Shown here one piece after another: positions 36,380 to 44,914 of a stretch of DNA of 64,000 nucleotides. The notes beneath the pieces were generated by a model. It had not been told where the DNA came from. It searched no databases and saw nothing but the letters and a program-made list of their open reading frames with translations. Every line of letters starts with the position of its first letter. The stretch's first letter is position 1. Origin of the DNA: a virus. Its lineage: Duplodnaviria > Heunggongvirae > Uroviricota > Caudoviricetes. The translations under genes and the position numbers were made by a program. The stretch lies in the IMG/VR virus record IMGVR_UViG_3300042563_001894. One strand, 5' to 3'.

Positions 36380-37747
36380 ATGGGTAGAAAATTAAGACTT
36401 ACAGAATCCGAATTATATAAAGTAATCAAAAAAATAGTTGAGCAAACTGAGGACGAATATTATAGAATATCTCCTGAGGATTACTTGGATATGATGCAAT
36501 ATGCCAGTTATAATGGTAATGTGTTTAGAAAAATGAAAAAATATGGTGGAAAACCATTATATATTACAGGTGATTTAGATTTAAGCGGTTTACCGGTTAA
36601 AGACATTGGACCAATAGGTTATGTTGACGGTAGATTTGATATTAGCAGAACTAAAGTATCCGATATTGGTAATTTAAGAAGTAAGTCACATATTTGGGAT
36701 TCGGGGTCTCCTCGAGAAAGAATTAGAGAAAAACAAGAACTTTTGGGTAAACAAGCTGAGATGGACTCCAAACGAGAAGATGATGAATGGAATTTTCAAA
36801 ATCACGATGAAGAGGGATTAAAGGCTATGGCTTTATTAGAATATCTTGAGGGTCAAGGTAAAGTTAAAGTATTGGATAATGATGAGAAAGAAGAGTTAAA
36901 AGAATTGACTCAACAATTGGAAGAACTTAATGCCGATTATGATGATGAAGATAGAGACGGTGACCCGGATGAGAATGTGGAAATATTAAATAAAATTGAA
37001 GAAGTTCAAGAAAGAATTGATGATTTAACTGGTGACGTTGGTGACATCTATGATATGTATCCAACAAATTATACTCATTATGGTTTGACTCAATTTGAAG
37101 TTTTGGTGGATGGTTTTAAAGGTGAAGAATATACTGTTGGAACTGAGGAAGAAATGGATAGAGCGGCTTTAGAGTATTCTAAAAATTATATTGATGATGT
37201 TGGAGCTGATGGGTTTAGTAAAAGTTTTATTGAGGATTATTTGGATGAAGATGCAATTGTTGACTTTGCAAGAGAAGATTATGAATATCAAGTAAGAGAT
37301 AGTCCGGAAAGTTATTTTAATGATGATGATTTTGAATTGACTTCAGAACAAGAAGAAAGAATAGAACAGATTGAATCTCAAATTGAGGATTTGGAACAAC
37401 AAAAACTTGAATTAGATTCAGATGATGAAAATTATTATGACTACGAAGAGGATTTAGATAATCAGATTGAATCTCTTCAAGAAGAGTTAGACAATATTGA
37501 GGTTGATACTGACCCAACTGAGGATATGATTGATAATAAAGTTGAAGAATTAGTTAGGTGGGTTAAACGAGACCCTATGCAATATCTTAATGATTACGGT
37601 ATGGACGTTAAAGAATATATTGATGGAGATGCTTTAGCTCAAGGGTTAGTTGATTCTGATGGGTGGGGTATTATGAACAGTTATGACGGTACTTATGACA
37701 GTATTGATATAGGTGGTGAGTCTTATTACGTAATGAGAGTTAACTAA
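36380..37747 (+). CDS. Large, extremely acidic protein (DNA-mimic-like composition)
   Basis: 455 aa with long D/E tracts (DYDDEDRDGDPDEN..., DSDDENYYDYEEDLDNQIESLQEELDN). Confidence 0.5.
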   Translation: MGRKLRLTESELYKVIKKIVEQTEDEYYRISPEDYLDMMQYASYNGNVFRKMKKYGGKPLYITGDLDLSGLPVKDIGPIGYVDGRFDISRTKVSDIGNLRSKSHIWDSGSPRERIREKQELLGKQAEMDSKREDDEWNFQNHDEEGLKAMALLEYLEGQGKVKVLDNDEKEELKELTQQLEELNADYDDEDRDGDPDENVEILNKIEEVQERIDDLTGDVGDIYDMYPTNYTHYGLTQFEVLVDGFKGEEYTVGTEEEMDRAALEYSKNYIDDVGADGFSKSFIEDYLDEDAIVDFAREDYEYQVRDSPESYFNDDDFELTSEQEERIEQIESQIEDLEQQKLELDSDDENYYDYEEDLDNQIESLQEELDNIEVDTDPTEDMIDNKVEELVRWVKRDPMQYLNDYGMDVKEYIDGDALAQGLVDSDGWGIMNSYDGTYDSIDIGGESYYVMRVN

Positions 37748-37795
37748 AACTATTCCTTTTTCCAATCTTTTCCTGTATATTTGAAATAATAGAAT

Positions 37796-38563
37796 ATGGA
37801 AATGAGACAGAAAAATAAGAATAAATTTATAATGGACACGGATTGGTTGTTTGACGGTATTTTAGATGCTGAACAAAAACAATACGTGTTATTAGATTAC
37901 TTTCAAAAGATGAACAAACATCTTGAGAGAATGGAGGTCTACCCAATGTTTATTGAGCTTTCATTACATTTAGGTAATATACAAACTTTACTAACCCAAA
38001 ACAAAATCTTATATGTTGATAAAAAATTAACATCTACTGATGATGAATTGGTATTAAACGATTTAAAGGTTAGGGACATCCCGGTACTTGACGATGAAGA
38101 AGTAATTGAATATCAAAAAATATTAAAAAATAGTCAACCACAATTACACGACTATTTCAACTTTGCAAAATCAATATGGAGTATTGTTTATGATTCCATA
38201 GATATTGTTGTAAAGAAAAATAAAAACAATCTACAAAGTAAATCAGGTTTTTTTTCATATAAGACACCGGAAATTTTATATGTTTGGCAATATACTACAA
38301 GAAAAGTCTATAAAACTAAAAACCAAACAAAAACATCTTTAAAATTAATTTTTAAAGGTCAACAAGATGATTTGACTATCCCGGAAATTATCTCTACTTT
38401 TTCAAAAACATACGAGAAAAACAATGAAGTTGGTTATCCAATCTTTGAGGTGTTTTGTAGTGATATATTTCCATTAGAGCAGACTTTAGTTCCAATCTTT
38501 AAAAGAAAAATATTATCGTATGTCAATCAAAACGTTATTATAACAAGAAAATTAATATCATAA
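37796..38563 (+). CDS. Hypothetical protein
   Basis: 255-aa ORF. Confidence 0.5.
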   Translation: MEMRQKNKNKFIMDTDWLFDGILDAEQKQYVLLDYFQKMNKHLERMEVYPMFIELSLHLGNIQTLLTQNKILYVDKKLTSTDDELVLNDLKVRDIPVLDDEEVIEYQKILKNSQPQLHDYFNFAKSIWSIVYDSIDIVVKKNKNNLQSKSGFFSYKTPEILYVWQYTTRKVYKTKNQTKTSLKLIFKGQQDDLTIPEIISTFSKTYEKNNEVGYPIFEVFCSDIFPLEQTLVPIFKRKILSYVNQNVIITRKLIS

Positions 38564-38745
38564 TGGACAAGAAACAAATTAAAAATTTGATGGATAAGTT
38601 AAGACAACCAATCCATATTAGTTACATCTCAAAATACATTCTTAAACAGAGTATTGATGAGTCACAAAAACAATTAGATGTATTAATCTCAGAAGGATAT
38701 ATTCAGAAAAGTTCACTAAGTGATGGTTACTATGTGGCTATCTAA
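38563..38745 (+). CDS. Hypothetical small protein
   Basis: 60-aa ORF whose ATG overlaps the upstream stop. Confidence 0.4.
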   Translation: MDKKQIKNLMDKLRQPIHISYISKYILKQSIDESQKQLDVLISEGYIQKSSLSDGYYVAI

Positions 38746-38949
38746 AAAAACTTATCACATTGGTATTGGGTGTAGTCAAACGGTAATTAGAATATTTAAA
38801 CAATCAATATTGTTTAGTAAATCACCATCAGGTTGGTCACTTAGGATTAATGATGGGGTTGGTATTAATGTTACCACAAAACCACTCTTTTCGGTTAGAA
38901 ATGGGTATAAAAAATCCATTAAATTGGGTAGATATTATTTAGTAAAATT

Positions 38950-39336
38950 ATGAACGAATTATTTAAATCAATTGAACCTCTGTTTAAAAATAGGTTCACT
39001 ATAAATGTTAATGAGGATGTTAACATTCCGGAATATCTGTTCCGTAAATTCCATATTGAAAATATTGGTGAGGATTTTATTTTTACAACAGAAATTTATC
39101 AAACCGTGGAATACACATTTAACCCATCTGATTTGACAAAAATTACGGATATCATTCTTAAATTTTTAGGTCCGGTTGGTGATTTAGTTGGAGGGTTACA
39201 TATGTTAGTTAAAGGTTCCAATATGGAAATCGAGGGTGATTATGGTGATGGTGAATTATTAATTGTTAAATTTAGATTTGTTGTTAAACCGGTAGATATT
39301 AACCTATTATGTCAAGATATTAAGAAAGATGAATAA
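38950..39336 (+). CDS. Hypothetical protein
   Basis: 128-aa ORF. Confidence 0.45.
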   Translation: MNELFKSIEPLFKNRFTINVNEDVNIPEYLFRKFHIENIGEDFIFTTEIYQTVEYTFNPSDLTKITDIILKFLGPVGDLVGGLHMLVKGSNMEIEGDYGDGELLIVKFRFVVKPVDINLLCQDIKKDE

Positions 39337-39562
39337 AGAAATGGTGAACCACCCGGAACATTACGGAGGTCAGGACAATCCTTATGAGGTTGTAAAAGTT
39401 TGTGAAGCTTGGGGTCTTGATAAAGACGCTTACATCTTCAACGTTGTTAAATATGTTGCAAGAGCGGGTAAGAAAGATACCGATAAAGAACTTCAGGATA
39501 TGAAGAAAGCGTTGTGGTATTTAAATCGTAAAATTGAAAGATTAGAAAGTGGAAATCAATAA
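39329..39562 (+). CDS. DUF3310-like phage protein
   Basis: VNHPEHYGG...PYEVVKVCEAWGL...NVVKYVARAGKK...ELQDMKKALWYLNRKIE, recalled as the DUF3310 signature. Confidence 0.5.
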   Translation: MNKEMVNHPEHYGGQDNPYEVVKVCEAWGLDKDAYIFNVVKYVARAGKKDTDKELQDMKKALWYLNRKIERLESGNQ

Positions 39563-39708
39563 AGAATATATTGAATCAATAATAGGACTTGAAATTGATG
39601 ATTTCAAAGTAGAGGAATTAATAGACGACGAAGACATTATAAATGTTAAAGTTAAACCTAAGGTATTACCCAAATATATTAACATTTCAATAAAAATAGA
39701 TAAAGTAG

Positions 39709-40014
39709 ATGTATAAAGTAACAGTAGATATTGACCAATACGCGGAAGGTGCGATTTTATTGGATGGTTTAGAGAGTGCAATTATTGGTATTGTTGAGGA
39801 CTTTGGTTCTCCGGGAAGAAAGATATTATATTCAAAACGAGAGATATTAAACATCTTACAAGAAAGAGACTTAATGACTATGGGTGAAGCGGAAGAGTTT
39901 TACGATTATAATATATTAGGATTATATGCTGGTGAACAGAACGCAGTGTTTTTAGACCAAGGTTTAGAACCAATTAAAAATGAAGAAAACGAGTGGGAAT
40001 ACCACGTAAAATAA
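39709..40014 (+). CDS. Hypothetical protein
   Basis: 101-aa ORF. Confidence 0.45.
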   Translation: MYKVTVDIDQYAEGAILLDGLESAIIGIVEDFGSPGRKILYSKREILNILQERDLMTMGEAEEFYDYNILGLYAGEQNAVFLDQGLEPIKNEENEWEYHVK

Positions 40015-40018
40015 TAAA

Positions 40019-40879
40019 ATGATAGAAACAGGAAAGATAATTAATGGAGATTGTATTGAGGTAATGAAAACATTTCCTGAAGGTTCAATTGATTTACTAG
40101 TAACATCACCACCATATAATGTAAACATTTCGTATGATGTTCATAAGGATGATTTACCAATGGAGGAATATTACGAGTGGTCAAAGGATTGGTTGAGAGA
40201 GGCGTTCCGAGTATTAAAAGATGATGGTCGAATTGCTGTGAATGTCCCAAATGAATTGAATGTCCAAGAAAGAGGTGGGAGAATATTATTCGTTGCCGAG
40301 TTTTGGATGTTAATGAAAGAAGTTGGGTTTAAATTTAGTGGGTTAGTCGACCTTACGGAAGATAGTCCACATAGAGTTCGACAAACGGCTTGGGGTTCTT
40401 GGATGAGTGCGTCAGCACCTTATATCTATAATCCTAAAGAGTGTATCATATTGGCTTATAAGAAAAGTAGTAAAAAATTAACTAAAGGAGTTTCACAATG
40501 GATGGGAATATCAACTGAGGTTACTACTGAAGATGGTAAGGTTAAAAACAAAATGATTTATCAGGACGAAGATAAAAAAGAATTTATGAATTTGGTGTTT
40601 GGTAGATGGGAATATTTTGCGGATACTAGGTCATTAACTAAAGCCACATTCTCAATGGACATTCCATCAAAGGCGATTAAGATATTGTCTTATAAAAATG
40701 ATATTGTTCTTGACCCTTTTATGGGAAGTGGGACTTCAGCTTTTGCGGCTGAGTTATTAGATAGACGATGGATTGGAATTGAGTTATCTCCGGATTATAC
40801 AGAAATTGCAAGGAAAAGAGTTCAATCATTAATTGATGAACGAAAACAAACAAAATTAGAATTAAAAGAAGAGGTGTAA
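40019..40879 (+). CDS. Beta-class DNA methyltransferase (N6-adenine or N4-cytosine; N6_N4_Mtase family)
   Basis: Motif IV DLLVTSPPYNV precedes motif I DPFMGSGTSAFAA. Confidence 0.8.
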   Translation: MIETGKIINGDCIEVMKTFPEGSIDLLVTSPPYNVNISYDVHKDDLPMEEYYEWSKDWLREAFRVLKDDGRIAVNVPNELNVQERGGRILFVAEFWMLMKEVGFKFSGLVDLTEDSPHRVRQTAWGSWMSASAPYIYNPKECIILAYKKSSKKLTKGVSQWMGISTEVTTEDGKVKNKMIYQDEDKKEFMNLVFGRWEYFADTRSLTKATFSMDIPSKAIKILSYKNDIVLDPFMGSGTSAFAAELLDRRWIGIELSPDYTEIARKRVQSLIDERKQTKLELKEEV

Positions 40880-40893
40880 TAACCTCTTTTTTA
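40871..40893 (+). terminator. Hairpin GAGGT-gtaataa-ACCTC plus T6, spanning the methyltransferase stop
   Basis: 5-bp stem with the stop codon in the loop, then TTTTTTATTTT. Confidence 0.6.
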
Positions 40894-40925
40894 TTTTCTG
40901 TATATTTATAACTAAAACAATTACT

Positions 40926-41282
40926 ATGGCAAAAAGATTTATAATTTCGGAAGATGAAAAAAGAGATATCCGTTCAAGATATGGTTTAGTTAATGAACAA
41001 AATGATGGTTTTGAACTTAAAAAAGGGATACAATGTTTCCTTAACAAAAAAGGTTATAAAGATGATGCGAATCAACCATTAAAAGTTGACGGATTACTAG
41101 CGGGTAAAACAGCGGAAGCTTTAAGTAAATATCAATCTAAGATTGGTGTTACCGCAGATGGTGTTTGGGGTCCTGAAACACAAAATAAAATGTCTGATAA
41201 AGACGTTCAACTTTTTAAACAATGTGTATCCGATGAAGGTAGTTTCATTGATAAAGGTTTACATATGTTTGGTTTAGATTAA
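40926..41282 (+). CDS. Peptidoglycan-binding domain (PG_binding_1) protein
   Basis: VDGLLAGKTAEALSKYQSKIGVTADGVWGPETQNKM matches the PG_binding_1 DG..G..T...L..FQ......DG..G..T consensus. Confidence 0.6.
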   Translation: MAKRFIISEDEKRDIRSRYGLVNEQNDGFELKKGIQCFLNKKGYKDDANQPLKVDGLLAGKTAEALSKYQSKIGVTADGVWGPETQNKMSDKDVQLFKQCVSDEGSFIDKGLHMFGLD

Positions 41283-42688
41283 TGAAAAAACTTATAAAAG
41301 AAAGTGGATTAAGAGACATTAACGCTCTTGCTAAAAGATACCCTAAAGCTGAAATATATTTTCACCAAGATTTAGATGGTGTAACTACGGCTATTGCGAT
41401 GAAAGAATATCTTAAGAATAATGGTATTGATGTAATAGATTCTCATATCATCCAATATGGTGATAAAGAGTTCGCTGTAAAGAAGAATGACGCTAAAGGG
41501 GACGTGATGCCTGTTTTAGTTGATTTTGCTCACGGAAAACCAATGTTTGTGATTCACACAGACCACCACGATAGACAAGCCGGAGCTGAAGACACTAAAT
41601 CAACATCATTTAGAAGTTCCCGTTCAAATGTTGAGACAATCTCTCAGGTAGTTTCTCCAAAAGAATTATTCCCATCCTCAGACATATTACTTATTTCTAC
41701 TGTAGATTCTGCAAACTATGCGGTTAACGATATTTCAGTGGACCAAGTAATCTCTTACTTATTCAGATTAGATAAAGAGAAATCGTTAGAAAAGAATAAA
41801 ATGTTAATGGGGTTAGTTGTTAACAAACTATTATTAGCGTTTAAAAACAAACCAGGGTTCTTAGAGACATTGGTTATGGAATGTTCTCCATCGTTATTAA
41901 ATATACTTCACACCATTAAACGAATAATGGTTGAGAAAGGATACGCGAAACCGGACCAACTTGAAAAGAATAAAGAAGACTATGTCACATCAATGCAAAC
42001 TAACCCTAATGTTAAAGTATTAGGTAATGTTATTGTTCAATATGGTGGGGGTTCAATGTTTAAGCCAGGTTCTTACGATAGATACACACCATTCAAAAAT
42101 AATCCTGAGGCTGACTTTATTGTTATTGCTTGGCCGTTAGGGTTAGTTCAAGCGTCTTGTAACCCATTCAAAGGAGAACGTCAATTAAAAGGTGTGAATT
42201 TAGGTGAGATTGCCCAAGAGGTATTATCAAAATGGGAGGACCAATTAAAACAAAGAGAGATAACCCTTTCAACAATTAAATGGATTTCAGAATCATCAAA
42301 AGATTTTAATTCGGAATCAACAGGATTTACCTTTAAAGATTTTGTTGCGTTGTATGGTAAGGAATATAAAAATAAGGAAGATGGTAAAGAGGAATTAATT
42401 CACATCGGTGAGATGATGGAAAAACCTTTCTCTGAGTTACCTGAAGAACATAGACAAATGTTAGATAACATTAAGGTAAATGCTTGGGATTTTATTCAGG
42501 CAAATAGTGGGGGACACAAATGTATTACAAATATATCGGGGTTAAATTTTATGGGTAGAAGTAATCGTCCACCAAAAGGGACCGGTGGTTATAATAGAGA
42601 ATCGGAAGATGCTCCTTACATTAAGTTTACTAAAATGATTCAGAATGAGTTTGTGAAATTATTACAGGAAAAGATAAATCAATCGTAG
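41282..42688 (+). CDS. DHH-DHHA1 family phosphoesterase (NrnA/RecJ-like)
   Basis: DHH motifs FHQDLDGVTTAIAM (I), VLVDFAHG (II), VIHTDHHD (III) and the DHHA1 GGH motif (ANSGGHKCITNISG). Its ATG overlaps the upstream stop (TAATG). Confidence 0.7.
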   Translation: MKKLIKESGLRDINALAKRYPKAEIYFHQDLDGVTTAIAMKEYLKNNGIDVIDSHIIQYGDKEFAVKKNDAKGDVMPVLVDFAHGKPMFVIHTDHHDRQAGAEDTKSTSFRSSRSNVETISQVVSPKELFPSSDILLISTVDSANYAVNDISVDQVISYLFRLDKEKSLEKNKMLMGLVVNKLLLAFKNKPGFLETLVMECSPSLLNILHTIKRIMVEKGYAKPDQLEKNKEDYVTSMQTNPNVKVLGNVIVQYGGGSMFKPGSYDRYTPFKNNPEADFIVIAWPLGLVQASCNPFKGERQLKGVNLGEIAQEVLSKWEDQLKQREITLSTIKWISESSKDFNSESTGFTFKDFVALYGKEYKNKEDGKEELIHIGEMMEKPFSELPEEHRQMLDNIKVNAWDFIQANSGGHKCITNISGLNFMGRSNRPPKGTGGYNRESEDAPYIKFTKMIQNEFVKLLQEKINQS

Positions 42689-43044
42689 TGAATAACTTTA
42701 TCACCCGATTTAACACCTAATTTTTTACAGGTTCCACCTTGAAGTTCAAGTATCATATCACCTTCACCACAATAGTTTCTACAATCTTTGGTTTTACAAG
42801 GGGGACAGTTGTGGTGAATTTTTGTTATAATATCATCTTCAATCATAATGATGTCCAATGGTATTATACAATTTTTCATCCAAAAACAGTGTTGACCTTC
42901 GGACATAATAAATAACATACCATTAAAGGTATCATCAAATCTTTTATTCATCATACCTTGACTAGTGTCTTTGGATGAGATGACAGTTTTGACTTTGAAT
43001 TTATTTTTGTTTATAGTTAATTCCATATACTTATAAATACACAA
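42679..43044 (-). CDS. DUF192-family protein (opposite strand)
   Basis: GMLFIMSEGQHCFWMKNCIIPLDIIMIEDD...ILELQGGTCKKLGVKSGDKV matches the DUF192/COG1430 pattern. Confidence 0.55.
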   Translation of the reverse strand: MCIYKYMELTINKNKFKVKTVISSKDTSQGMMNKRFDDTFNGMLFIMSEGQHCFWMKNCIIPLDIIMIEDDIITKIHHNCPPCKTKDCRNYCGEGDMILELQGGTCKKLGVKSGDKVIHYD

Positions 43045-43055
43045 AAAAATATAAA

Positions 43056-43481
43056 ATGAAAAAAGTAAAACGATATTCCGGTGTAATTGTCAAATGTGGT
43101 GATGAGGTATTGTTGTGTAAAAGAAACGCTACGGGTAGTTTACCGGGGCAGTGGAGTATACCGGGTGGTAATTTGGAAAAAAATGAACATCCTTTGGATG
43201 GTATTCAAAGAGAATTTGAAGAAGAAACAAATTATACGTTAGATAATAAATTAAATTTAGTTGGGTTTGTTAAACGATATAATCGTGATGGTTCTGAGGT
43301 TAAAGGGTTGATGTATGTCTTTATGATGGAGACGGACGAGAAGATAAATCCGGACTTGGAAAATGCTAGAGATGGTGAGGAACATACGGAATGTGGTTAT
43401 TTTAACCTTGAAAATCTACCATTTGATGATAAAAGTGACCAATTATGTAGATTAATTACAAGAATATTAAAAAAAGATTGA
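43056..43481 (+). CDS. NUDIX hydrolase
   Basis: Nudix box GGNLEKNEHPLDGIQREFEEETNY (Gx5Ex7REUxEExGU). Confidence 0.85.
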   Translation: MKKVKRYSGVIVKCGDEVLLCKRNATGSLPGQWSIPGGNLEKNEHPLDGIQREFEEETNYTLDNKLNLVGFVKRYNRDGSEVKGLMYVFMMETDEKINPDLENARDGEEHTECGYFNLENLPFDDKSDQLCRLITRILKKD

Positions 43482-43555
43482 CTTTTCTAATTTTACGATA
43501 TATTTATAATCTCATTCAGCCAACAACCCCTTTCTACGGTTGGTATTATTAAAAC

Positions 43556-43590
43556 CCTCAACAGAGTAAATTTTGTTGAGGTTTTTTTTT
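43556..43590 (+). terminator. Rho-independent terminator CCTCAACA-gagtaaattt-TGTTGAGG plus T9
   Basis: 8-bp perfect stem followed by TTTTTTTTT. Confidence 0.8.
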
Positions 43591-43618
43591 GTTTATATCA
43601 AAAATAGTGTTATCTTTG
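43588..43618 (+). promoter_or_regulatory. Host-type promoter cassette TTTG-N19-TATCTTTG (copy 1 of a repeated ~35-bp element)
   Basis: TTTGTTTATATCAAAAATAGTGTTATCTTTG, nearly identical to the copies at 49574 and 46310. Confidence 0.6.
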
Positions 43619-43641
43619 TCGGGAATTTAATTTATAAAATT

Positions 43642-44148
43642 ATGGAAGTATTAGGTATTATTTTAGGTATTATTTTGGCAATAGTTGTTTTAATTGGTGT
43701 TTATAGTTCTGTCCAAAACAAAAACAGAAAGGCTAGATGTAAAAATTGGAAAGTTGGTGATAAATTATCTTTGATTAGAGGTGATTACCATAGAATTTTA
43801 GAACAAAACAGTAAAGAGTTTGCAACCCTTGAAGGGTGGGATTTGAATAATCTTTATATTAGTTGTGGTAATAATATGACATATCAAGTTAATTGGTCTG
43901 TAATGAATTTTAACAAATCAGCAACTTGGAGAAAAAATTATGAAGATGCTAAGAAAGTAATGGGTTGTGAACCCGGATTTACAGGTGGTGTTGGAGAAGG
44001 TAGTAAATCTACCGGTAAAAAAGTTGATGGTAAACCAATTGACTTAATGAATGAAATTGAGTGTGAGGTGTATTTGAAACAATCATTAGAAAATGAAGAT
44101 TATGATACAGCTGAGTTAATTAAAAAAAGAATGGAAAAATTTAGATAA
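43642..44148 (+). CDS. Membrane-anchored protein with a C-terminal UVR-like motif (start reassigned downstream of the promoter)
   Basis: The ORF track starts at 43573, upstream of the -7 box. The in-frame ATG at 43642 (MEVLGIILGIILAIVVLIGV...) begins with a TM helix. The C-terminus ...ENEDYDTAELIKKRMEKF is UVR-like. Confidence 0.5.
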   Translation: MEVLGIILGIILAIVVLIGVYSSVQNKNRKARCKNWKVGDKLSLIRGDYHRILEQNSKEFATLEGWDLNNLYISCGNNMTYQVNWSVMNFNKSATWRKNYEDAKKVMGCEPGFTGGVGEGSKSTGKKVDGKPIDLMNEIECEVYLKQSLENEDYDTAELIKKRMEKFR

Positions 44149-44149
44149 T

Positions 44150-44332
44150 ATGAGAGAAATGTTAAGAGGGATGTTTTTGTCCATACTGATTTATAGTGTG
44201 GTTATTGGTTTAGTGTGTGTTAGTGTTATAGTATGTGGAGGTAATATACATCAGATTCCAACCGGAGTATTTATAGGTGTTGGTGCTTGTTGTGGAGTTT
44301 TAGCGTCAATTATTAATAATAAATTAGATTAA
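44150..44332 (+). CDS. Small membrane protein
   Basis: 60 aa with two hydrophobic segments. Confidence 0.35.
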   Translation: MREMLRGMFLSILIYSVVIGLVCVSVIVCGGNIHQIPTGVFIGVGACCGVLASIINNKLD

Positions 44333-44333
44333 G

Positions 44334-44588
44334 ATGAGAAATTGGGTATTTGTGTTTGTAATAGTTGTTTTTGCGGTTGTTATTGGTATTGTTGGTTATA
44401 GAGGGTATTTGATTGGTGAAATAAAAAAAGGTGGACACCTATATGAAATATCCATTCCGGGTAACAAACGTCAAGAGACAAGTTTCTACACTGAAAAGTA
44501 TGTGGAGAAAGATGGGTGTATAACATTCAAGGATGAGTTTGGTAGGTCACATAGAATATGTGGTATGTATAACATTACAGAGTATTAA
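44334..44588 (+). CDS. Small membrane-anchored protein
   Basis: 84 aa with an N-terminal TM. Confidence 0.4.
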   Translation: MRNWVFVFVIVVFAVVIGIVGYRGYLIGEIKKGGHLYEISIPGNKRQETSFYTEKYVEKDGCITFKDEFGRSHRICGMYNITEY

Positions 44589-44589
44589 G

Positions 44590-44847
44590 ATGGAAAAAAC
44601 ACACATCAACAAAATTAAACAAGCGGTTGATATTATTTGTGCACAGAACAATTTAAAACAACCTTTAACTGTTCCATCCGCAGGTAAATTGATTGTGGAA
44701 TATAACGGGATTGATTACGCAATTGAATTATTTGAAAATGCTTATATTGAATGTAAGGAAACTCCGAATAGGAATAACCCATTTGCTTTTGCGGCTTACA
44801 AATCAACTTTAGAAACAATTTTAATCCCGATGAGAAATAATAAATAA
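44590..44847 (+). CDS. Hypothetical protein (start reassigned to the ATG after the upstream stop)
   Basis: MEKTHINKIKQAVDIICAQNN...; the ORF-track start at 44533 overlaps the previous gene. Confidence 0.45.
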   Translation: MEKTHINKIKQAVDIICAQNNLKQPLTVPSAGKLIVEYNGIDYAIELFENAYIECKETPNRNNPFAFAAYKSTLETILIPMRNNK

Positions 44848-44854
44848 AATTTAA

Positions 44855-44886
44855 CCCCAAATAATTTTTTGTTTGGGGTTTTTTAT
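44855..44886 (+). terminator. Terminator CCCCAAA-taatttttt g-TTTGGGG plus T-run
   Basis: 7-bp stem followed by TTTTTTATT. Confidence 0.75.
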
Positions 44887-44896
44887 TATATCTTTG
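44868..44896 (+). promoter_or_regulatory. Host-type -33/-7 promoter (TTTG ... TATCTTTG) overlapping the terminator
   Basis: TATCTTTG at 44889..44896 with TTTG at 44868..44875; the ATG of the nucleotidyltransferase gene is 19 nt downstream. Confidence 0.45.
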
Positions 44897-44914
44897 TAGA
44901 ATAATTTAGGAAAA

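Noticed and set aside
38720-38953. 77-aa W/R-rich plus-strand ORF in the gap between 38745 and 38950
   Set aside because: Its composition is atypical for this genome and it overlaps the previous gene's end. It cannot be excluded, but support is insufficient.
39549-39714. ATG-less open frame (+1 relative to the DUF3310-like gene) filling the gap 39563..39708
   Set aside because: There is no ATG; only a GTG at 39549 is available. It could be a small gene or a +1 frameshift extension, but there is no slippery site or other support. A minus-strand 79-aa ORF (39542..39781) over the same gap is likewise unsupported.
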